From NCBI GenBank assembly GCA_000320545.1, contig ADNK01003288.1:26835-90834 (forward strand): a stretch of 64,000 bases of DNA. The letters are read 5' to 3'. Position numbers and translations under genes: made by a program. The notes under the pieces were generated by a model. That model searched no databases. It saw nothing but the letters and a program-made list of their open reading frames with translations, and was not told where the DNA came from. Source of the DNA: Bigelowiella natans CCMP2755 (Eukaryota > Protista > Cercozoa). Shown here in pieces: positions 55,000-64,000 of this stretch; position 1 is the stretch's first letter, and every line of letters starts with the position of its first letter.

Positions 55000-55850
55000 A
55001 CGACAAAGCTTACTACTTTTCCGATATTAGATGAGTTGGATAGCATGTTGGTCCTGTAGTGCTCATAACTGGCCATGCGAAACATGCATTGTTTCGAGTG
55101 TGTAGCAGTGATACATCGAGTGAGAGACCATGAAAATACCAATAACTGCAAGCGGACAATGGCACGTACTCAGATATTGGATAGTAGGTATGGGCATTGT
55201 AGGGTTAGCGTGCGTAGCGTTGCAAAAAGTGTGACACAAAAAGCACATTGTTTTTTTAGGCTAGTATGCGTGTTTTGGTGGCAAACTTACCGATATTGAA
55301 ATGGCACACGTTAATTCATCTAATTAACACGCATTGATGCAAGATGTCGCCTACAGCGCACGTATGAGACGGATGTATAATCAAATGACTACATTTTTTC
55401 AATAGTCATCCTAATGTAGCTTCATTCAGAGCAGCGGCTACAGCGCTCATATGCTAGCATGTTATAGAAACGAACATGCACGGCACATATGTGTGTGTGT
55501 GTGTGTGTACACATCTATAGACATGCTAGCATGGCTAGATGGGTGTTCACAAATTACTAGATGCCGGATTTGAGATCAACCAAGATGCAATATCGATGCA
55601 TGCAGCCATGTTTACATGAGAATTCTCTGTTCTCCCTTGAATTGAAATGCGCCTTTTCTGGACAGTACGTGAACACGTGAGCATTGAATGCACACGTGAC
55701 GCGAACTTTTTCCACTTCACGCGTACGTAACTGCACGATTCGATTGCGGCTGTGAGCAACGTGCATGCAGGATTTATCATCGCAAGTGTTGGCACCGCTT
55801 CATTGCGATACTCGTCTCCACATGCAGCAAACACTTTTCAATGCTTTAGA
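55000..55850. other. CTAG island 8 (weak; downstream of the SH3b-like gene)
   Basis: CATG/TGCA-rich, TATGCTAGCATG at ~55450 and CATGCTAGCATG at 55522. Confidence 0.55.
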
Positions 55851-56198
55851 TTCGCAAAAATGTAAAAACTATGTAAAAAATTAGCACTTTGGCTTAATAA
55901 ACTGAACTCATTTGTTTTTATCTTTTTCATGCAATTAACTCGCTATTTTTCAATCAGGAATGAGATTTCTAAATGTACAATTCGACATCTCTGCGAAAAA
56001 TTCCTAGGACTGTTGACAGAGTATCTTCATTTTAAAGTGGAATAGCGTACATGACGCTACATTCGCAGCTTTCATGTGTGTCTCAGTTGATGAAGTAGCG
56101 AGTGGTTTCCATTTCCCCCTTTCTGTATAAAGTAAAATGGCGATAGTGAAAGGTTAATTCCAAAGCTATTGTACATACCGGAAGTACCGACGACCTCA

Positions 56199-57236
56199 TT
56201 ATGATGCCAATGGTAGACTCTGTGCACGATAAACACGTGATTCCATCTCATTTGACCCGAATTCTTCATCATCAGAAATGAATTCATCCGCAAACAATAG
56301 ATCTTCATTCGTATGCTTCTCCTTTCCATTCTGTTTGTTGACGTCATGGACTCTCGTTTCATTTTTGGACTCATGCTCTTGTTTAGCTTGAAACATTAAT
56401 CTTCTTTTCGTTGGTTCAGGGTGATTTCCATTCTTCGACCTTTGGCCATTCTCTTTATTGTTAGACGCCATGGATGACAACGATTCTGGCACCAACAAAT
56501 AATTGTCCATCGTGTTTCCGTTTGGTGATTTTCTTATCGCCAGGCACCATCCTCCGCTATGTCTGACCCACACTTCATTATCTATTTGTCTTGATTCAAT
56601 TTCCTTTACAATATCGCCTTTTTTCAATAAACCAACAATGCCTGATTTCATCGAGAAAGACTGACGCACGTACAATCCGTTGGTGAAGCTCACTGTCCAG
56701 GACGTGCCAGATTTTGTTGTTATCATGGCCGGATGATAAATTTCAAGGCCATTAACCCCTGTCTGTCTACAAAGTACACTCAGATTACCTAGTATCTCTT
56801 TTCCGTAGCCGTCGTAAGGAAGATCCACTTTGTTGTAGCCATCGAGGAACGTTAGGGAGTTGTTTCCTTCAACTGCGGCTTTGATGATAATGGTATCTAC
56901 ACATCCGAGTTTCTTTCCCTTCTTGGAAACTCTAAGCTTCATCGTTTTTTTGCTCGTTTTGACTTTGTAGCAATATTGAATTCCATTGAGATCAACAAAT
57001 TCCACAGTCCTGATTACCGTGCTCTTCACTTTCTCCTTGGAAGCGTGGTCGTCTAACACGGAACCTCTTTTGGCCTTGATTGCAAACATAGCTGAAAGAC
57101 TGGCTGACAATATGCTGCTGGACTTCTGGTTCGAAGTTTTAGCGTTCTTATTTTGTGGGGCTTTATAATCCGGGGATTGTAGAGGTGAAATTACTGTTGC
57201 GTATCCCTGAGGTAAACGTTTACTTAGTAAGTGCAC
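56199..57236 (-). CDS. Terminal exon of an uncharacterised protein with an SH3b-like domain; upstream exons likely to ~57900 or beyond
   Basis: 345-codon non-repetitive ORF with LYVRQSFSMKSGIVGLLKKGDIV...WVRHSGGWC; minus-strand donors near 57295 and 57475. Confidence 0.65.
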   Translation of the reverse strand: MHLLSKRLPQGYATVISPLQSPDYKAPQNKNAKTSNQKSSSILSASLSAMFAIKAKRGSVLDDHASKEKVKSTVIRTVEFVDLNGIQYCYKVKTSKKTMKLRVSKKGKKLGCVDTIIIKAAVEGNNSLTFLDGYNKVDLPYDGYGKEILGNLSVLCRQTGVNGLEIYHPAMITTKSGTSWTVSFTNGLYVRQSFSMKSGIVGLLKKGDIVKEIESRQIDNEVWVRHSGGWCLAIRKSPNGNTMDNYLLVPESLSSMASNNKENGQRSKNGNHPEPTKRRLMFQAKQEHESKNETRVHDVNKQNGKEKHTNEDLLFADEFISDDEEFGSNEMESRVYRAQSLPLAS

Positions 57237-58838
57237 AAGCGTCGTACGTAACCGAAAGGGCTAGTAATAAATAACACAAATATGATGGAACGTACCCGCT
57301 GCATGATGAATATCTTCGAATAAATATGAGGAAAAAGCTTGGGTTGTTCGCTGTTCGAAGAGAGGGTTGGCTTATGCAGAACGAACGATTGGGGCAAAGC
57401 TAGGCTACCAAGTAGTTTCGAGTAAGTGCTTTTATGTGTTACGAAAATGTGCCTGCGACAACGTAATTATCTTACCTTTAAGTCTAAATCAAAGCCATTT
57501 TTCGGAAAGAAAAGATCACACACCTTCCTTTCCTCTGCAAATTGAAGTGTCCGTTAGGTGGAAGTAAAATGGCCAACAGATATTCATTTATCTTGAAGAT
57601 AACTCTGTCGCATGCAAGAAATGTATGTAATATCGACGCCATCCTTTGTAATTCGCGACGAAGTCATCTGTCTCACACCCTGATTCGCCTTGAATTTTGT
57701 CCCACTCGAGAGAAATCAGTGTCTAAAGTAGGTAGTCGGCAAAAGCCTTCCTAAGTCTTCCTTGTCGCCGATAACAGTCGGCATAGTAAATTCCTTTGTC
57801 CTATATTTTCCAGCCTTCGCAGGAGAATTTAGGTTTGCGACAACTATTTATTGGAGAAAAGTTGCTGCGAGTGGATCAAATCTGGAGCATGCACGATACA
57901 GAATCGACGGTGTGGTGTGGATTAATGAAGGAATGAATGAGCAGTCACCATAGAATAATAATGATGGGTGTACACGAGGTTTATCTACTCCTTAATGTAG
58001 CAGCAGTAGAGAGGAGGAACTTCGAATAAACTCAGTGGCGATCATAGGAGGAGCAAGATAAGCTATTAATTTCCCTGTACGAAGTAATTAGTTATCCACA
58101 ATGAAGATAATATGCTACTCATTATGATTGAACACCAAGATGATGGTGATAATGACGACGATGATGCTAGTAGTGAATCTTAACAATAGACATTGTAGTA
58201 TCTTTAACTGAGACCTATTCAAGCCAGATACAATCTTACTCAAGTCTTTTCCTTTTGTTTCAGCACAGATATGAAAGATTTTTCGTGCATCGTTCGATGT
58301 TGTTCGGCCACATAAATATCCTCTAATATGAGAAAAGAATCGCGGCTTTATGGGCGTCGTCGCCATAGGCGTTATTGTTCGAAAACAAAGTGTAGTCTAT
58401 TCTTCTCCCAGACTGGAATCGGTCGTTGCTCAACTGCTAGCTTTCTGCTCATAATGATGGCTTTCTTAACGCCTTTTAGTACCTACTGCCACTTGCCGTA
58501 CTACCTCGAGTGGGTGATTGGAGGAAGCTGCTCTACTCTTTGCTTTGGCAAATTCCAACCACTTTTGAAAGGAGGAGGAACAACACACACGGTACTACTG
58601 CCCATGATGAAGAGGGACGCTACATCTAGAGAAAATCATAACAAACTTGAATATAAATACTGTTGATAAATGTCACAAGACGGTATAGATAACCATGATG
58701 AGGATGATGATAATGATAATGATGATGATGATGATGATGATGATGATATTATGATGATGAATTGTGGTGTTAGCACTGAAATTAGTGCTAATCGATAGCA
58801 ATTGTAGTTCATTTAACAGCGAACTCATACTCCAAACT

Positions 58839-58871
<33 letters not shown>

Positions 58872-58898
58872 ACTACTTTTGCTCATCATTGCCTTCAG

Positions 58899-59417
58899 AA
58901 AGGGGATATGGAGCTCAAGAGTCAGATGATTAAGCAGTTACCGCAAACTAGCTGTCCTGAATCGCCTTCATATAAAATGCAAGGACCGGAGAGGCTGCAG
59001 CTTCCTCGGAGAATTCTTCACTTGCTTCAGAATCGTTCGAATTCTACTCATAAGTGCCCTACTGCCCTTCAAGCCACAAGCTGCGGCGAAAATGCTGGCA
59101 AAACGACAAGCAGCTGTCGTATACGCTTTCATAACTTCACCTTCGTGCGTGTTATTTCGAAAGTGGAGGGGGAGAGTGGCAAAATAGCAATGGAGAAGAA
59201 TAGAAGAACAACAGAGAAGATTGCCCCTTTAGCAAAGAAGATGCGAAAAAGCCAGGACGTTGTTCTTCCAGGAGTTTATGAAGTAGAACTACTTAATTTC
59301 CTTAGTAGTAATGGTAGCAAATCAAGTCTCCTTCAAAGACAATGATGTCATTATCTACCTAGCGCAGCATAGCAAGACACAATGGTGTATTAATTATATC
59401 ATGGTCTATACATATAA

Positions 59418-59491
<74 letters not shown>

Positions 59492-59621
59492 TGTGCTGGT
59501 GATTAAGTTGCCCCTCCTCCTCGATTTGTAGGGTGGCAAGGCCTTATGGAGTTGTACAGGAGATTTGGTAGATCTACCAAAAGAACATCTTCATATGTGC
59601 TATTACTAGTACTACTACTAC

Positions 59622-59654
<33 letters not shown>

Positions 59655-60067
59655 CAATAATGATAACAGTAACAGTGTAAAAAAACGAATCAGTCAAACA
59701 TGTACTTAACAGCACATCATATGTTGGCTCCTCGCTGCTTTAATGCTTTAGATCAAATTTTTCGAAGAATCAAAGAAGCTGAATGATGATCCTCCTAGCA
59801 CCGACGATGATAGACAACGGAAAAGGCCAACAATTCCTAAGAATCCTTTTGCTGGGAAGAACGTCTTGGAGCTGGTTCTCTGCTAAGTCCCGATTAGGAT
59901 ATTAGCTTATACCTACTCTCTCACCTCTCCCATTCCCTGCGTGCTAGTTCTCTAATTGCTACGACATTCTTGCTTTATTAAATGGTGATTAGGGATGTGG
60001 CCATGGTGCTGGAGCTGTATATGCTCATCAGAATAGAGCTGCGAAAGTACTCGAAATAGTAGAAGTA

Positions 60068-60107
<40 letters not shown>

Positions 60108-60641
60108 TAGGAGTAGTTAGAAAACAATCATCACTTAATGCTTATCAGCAGGAAGATGATGACAGCAGTAGTACTATTCAATGTTTTTCCTATAATCAAT
60201 TTCTTCTAAGTTCGGTTACTCATTGTTACAAATGTTATCATTGTTGTTTATTTCTATCACTGACACTCTTCGCTCCGGCACGTTGTTGTGGTCTTCTGTC
60301 CTACTCATCATGATAACGATAGATTGCAGTTCAAGACTTTAACGAAGAAGTCCTCCGGGATGTCACCATTCCAACTTTGCTGTATAACATCTTCAATATC
60401 ACTGCGCATTGCTATGTCAATCCCCCTTCTCAAAATACAACGAACTGTATTCCCACCACCTCCTCCTCCTTCACTTCCCACGCCTCCACAGATATCAACG
60501 GCAGCATGAACAACCTGCATCAGTCTTCCCCATCATCATCCTCATCATCATTATCACAAAGCGCACCAGATTTCTTCGTGGGCCCATGGGGGGCAGATCT
60601 CTCAAAGTATATCTTGAACCATCAAACTGCTACCACAACTG

Positions 60642-60672
<31 letters not shown>

Positions 60673-60988
60673 AAGTAGTAATTCTTCTTCTTCGCACACA
60701 CCACCCTCCTACCGCTATGATATCATCCTTGCGGCAGACACGCTGTATTCTCCCAAATCAATCGCTGATTTTATTTTGACGGTGAAGATGCTCTTGGAGC
60801 CGAAACAAGGCCGTGCCTACATTGCAACACAACGCTATTACTTCGGACTTGGCGGAGGCTTGCTAAAGCTCAAGGAAGTTGTGAGAAAAGATAAGAGTAT
60901 AACCCTGCGCGAGTGTTGTGACTATGTCACTGGGACAGGAGTCACGAAGACCATTGTGTGCTTAGCTCATAAAAAAAAGCAAATATAG
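58899..60988 (+). CDS. METTL18: Histidine protein methyltransferase HPM1/METTL18; start uncertain, upstream exon likely
   Basis: PGVYE|GGKALWSCTGDL, FAGKNVLEL|GCGHG, QDFNEEVL...TIP, YDIILAADTLY and YYFGLGGG. Confidence 0.88.
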
Positions 60989-61079
60989 AATGGTACTTGA
61001 TTCATAATGTTGTTTATGTTATTATTCATGGTATAGCAACAGCAGATAAAGCAAGGAGCACTTGCTGAATTGTAACCTA

Positions 61080-61620
61080 TGACATTCATGGTGCGTAGTC
61101 GCTAGCCTGCTTGGAGGCAGAGTCTAGAGAGTAGACTCGCCTCTCACACGTTGCATATCATGCCTAGATGCTTTGCCTGTGTGATCGAAATTATGAGTAG
61201 TAGTGAATGCTGTGTGATAAAACTGCTGAAGGATAAATGGAGGGGGGGACAGCTGCTGCCATATGTTTGCCCCATGCGAACATAGAGAAGAGCTTAAGTG
61301 CTGCTTCATGTGGATAAAGGTTAGCACAACTGAGGCAAGCTTAACCTACAGGCATTGTGCCTAATCCTTGCTGTATAATGAGGATGAAGTGTTTGTTTGA
61401 GCGGATTGCAATTGGCCATGCTAGCATGACCTTTAGCATTAGTCGCTAGAGCTCAGATAATGCTTGTCATGAGGTTACTCTCTACATCTTACGTGTGCAC
61501 ATCTACATGGTACATTCTCATGTATCATACACTGGCAGCAGTTTTTGTGCAAGCCTCATAATTTACTTCTTCGCTGTTTTGGAATTAATGCTCCATCTAT
61601 CATGCATACACGGTACGGCT
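61080..61620. other. CTAG island 9 (moderate; convergent gap)
   Basis: Several CTAG; CATGCTAGCATG at 61417. Confidence 0.6.
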
Positions 61621-61629
61621 GCTCGATTA

Positions 61630-61663
<34 letters not shown>

Positions 61664-61710
61664 GTCATCATCATCGCTGCAGACGGTGATAACGATAGCA
61701 TTTTAGCTGA

Positions 61711-63817
61711 TTATGACGTTGGAGCACGGGGGGGGATCGACAAATTCTCTCCTCCTTTCACTATTGATATCGAGTCAATTATTCCTCCTGAGAATGAACA
61801 ACAATTAGAAATTAACTCGATCGTTTTCTGATAGCTGTCGTCTCTTTGCAAGTCCTTCTATCTAAAGCAGCGACGAGGAAGGTTTTAGAAGAAGACATGT
61901 GCTTTCTCATTGATTCATGGATTCATTCATTTTGAGAAGTACACGTTCGTCCGTACCATCTTTGACGGCTTCCAAGGCGTCGTGAGAGCTTTCTGAGACA
62001 TATCTACGCACAGAATAACCATGTTTTACTTCCTATCTCCCTATTATCATCATCCTCACCAGCAGCAGCACAGCAGCAGCAGTAGTATCACCCACCATCA
62101 CTATCACACCATAAGGACCTACCCGAATACACTAAATTGGCCTTCTTCAAAGCTCAACCCACCAAGACCGCCCATGCTGGCACTGCAAATATATGATGGT
62201 GGGGGGGGTGATGGTGATGATGACCCATTTAGGCGTAAGGAGATGTATATATCATCATCATCATCATCATCATCATTATCATCATACTACTGCTACTACT
62301 TCCGACCGGTCAAACTTATAGATAAAGAACTCTGCTGGAGCATTAAGCGTATCATCAGCACCGTGTGTCATTGCAACCTGATGACCCGTAATGATAACAA
62401 CAACAACAACAACAATAATAATAATAATAAGAAGAAGAAGAAGAAGAAGGAGATCAACCACTACAGAAATACTATGATAGTGGAAGAATATGCACTGAGT
62501 TCGTTCATTTGCCTTACGATATTTGTAGTAATGATGCATCATCATCATCATCGTCGTCGTCATCATGATAATACCGCTCCATAGATTGATAGAGGTAGTG
62601 CAGGGTAGTCGCCATTGGTAACATCAAGGCTTTGGCGATAACTGAAGATGAGAATCAGATGAAGGGCACAACAGCATCAGCAACGATAACAACGACAAAC
62701 AAAAGAAGAAGGAAAAGAGATATGATGATGATGATGAAGAAGAAGAAGGAAGAACAAGAAGACCGTACTCTGGAAGAAATTCATCTTTGAGCCTGACTTC
62801 CAAGGGTAGTAGAGCTCCTGCGTTTGGACGCATCGATATTATCGTTGGATGTTATTATTGTATCGATATTATTGTTCGAAAACACACACAAACACATCAT
62901 CATCATCATCGTCGTCGTCATCATCATCATCATCGTTGTTCTTGTTGTCAAAGAAGAAGAAGAAGAAGAAGAAGAAGGAGAAGAAGAAAAGGGTTCGGTA
63001 ACCTCCCCCCCTCCCAACTCTTTCAATATTCCTCTCCCTTCTACTGCTACCTACTACTATTTACTACTAGCACCTCTATCGTTATCTGGTTTCAGTGTTG
63101 GACGCACAAACATCGTCGTTTTGTCAGCAATGGCAATCTTGGAGCCCTGCGGGGTGATATGGGGATTATAATGATGATTCGGTACTTGCTTCATAAAAAC
63201 GCAACATAAATCAATAGCAGCTCCTATCGATCGATTGTCAGTATGTCCTCCTCCTCCCCCCCCCCCCTCTTCCACCCCCATATTCTTTGCTTTCTCACGA
63301 ATAAGATCGTCGCTAATCTAGCACTTGTTTGGTGTACCTTATACACGCCATTATTAACGTTGTCCAGGAAGTTCCCACTCTGATTACCAGTCATTCGTTG
63401 GTGGATTAGCGAGGAGAATCATGATAACGAGGATGAAGATGTTACATTATATTGACAACAACACCACCAACAACAACAATAACAATGATGATGATGATAA
63501 TAAGAAATATGTAAAAGGAGATCACAACGCACTGTCAGAGGCGCTGAGTAGCCATCAACAACGATTTCTATAGGAGTCTCCACCTAATCAGCAAAGAAAT
63601 GATGATATACAACAGAATAAGAACAACGACAATCGTATGAATAACATCATATTCGTTGCCAGCCATGGTGCTGTGCTATTTATGAACGTGGGAGATGCAA
63701 GGATTGACCGTCGTAGAACTTAATCGCTTTCAATTGACTTACTCACCCCCTGGAATTTGACGTTTAAAGTGGTTCTTCCTTGCAGCTTTGGCAGCTTAGA
63801 ATCTGCGGGAGGAATAG
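61711..63817 (-). CDS. CYP37: Thylakoid-lumen cyclophilin CYP37-like; 5' end beyond the window
   Basis: Spliced LPKLQGR, IVVDGYSAPLT|SGNFLD, LPLEV, PALPLSIYGA|VAMTH, EFFIYKFD and GGLGGLSFEEGQFSVFG|Y; stop at 61711. Confidence 0.85.
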
Positions 63818-64000
63818 CTAAGTAGTGGTGGTGAAATAGGGGAGGGGGGGGGGAAGTTAATCATGTTAAATGGCTGGGAAGGAGTAGAAGAAGGAGATAG
63901 GAGCAGAAGTAGGAGGGGGGGTAGCAGTAGCACCATTCATGTCAAATGCATTAGTAATTGAGGACTAAACAGAAAGCATGTGAGGAGGAAGATCATTAAA

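Noticed and set aside
3480-61620. Islands as classical RIP or 5mC CpG decay
   Set aside because: RIP creates TpA, whereas the purest islands lose it. CpG remains common (e.g. acgcgtgcgc at 52901).
3291-61713. Plus-strand genes mostly end in TAG and minus-strand genes mostly in TAA
   Set aside because: The sample is small and several terminal exons are uncertain.
112-63281. Many short ORFs with poly-S/H/L/Y/ER/YI tracts
   Set aside because: They are translations of microsatellites or antisense shadows of real exons.
1-64000. tRNA, rRNA or other ncRNA genes
   Set aside because: None recognisable by eye; tRNAscan-SE or Infernal would be needed to exclude them.

Overview
Eukaryotic nuclear DNA, intron-rich and dense in microsatellites, from a plastid-bearing protist. 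A CYP37-type thylakoid cyclophilin is present; a chlorarachniophyte-like alga is my inference only. I reconstruct about 16 mostly spliced genes: ankyrin+MYND protein, TVP38/TMEM64, FSH1/OVCA2 hydrolase, a coiled-coil protein, PSTK, RAD51, MSH6, SGTA/Sgt2, RING-TRAF E3, an RNase III-R3H protein, GST, a PH/MCTP-like protein, a small membrane protein, an SH3b-like protein, METTL18/HPM1 and CYP37. There is also a degraded U-box relic. Most short ORFs in the supplied track are translations of simple repeats. Two things stand out. (1) Genes alternate strand almost strictly, and every intergenic gap holding a gene 3' end (7 convergent, 2 tandem) contains a 0.45-1 kb 'CTAG island'; none of the 6 divergent gaps does. 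In the purest islands TpA survives only as CTA or TAG, CTAG is strongly enriched, and the palindrome CATGCTAGCATG recurs. A local duplication and Tyr->His/Cys-like changes in the relic point to a targeted TA->TG/CA process, opposite in direction to fungal RIP. (2) A fragmented gene invisible in the ORF track encodes an NLS, an apparently catalytic RNase III domain, a degenerate second RNase III-like domain and a C-terminal R3H domain. All exon calls and counts were made by eye.
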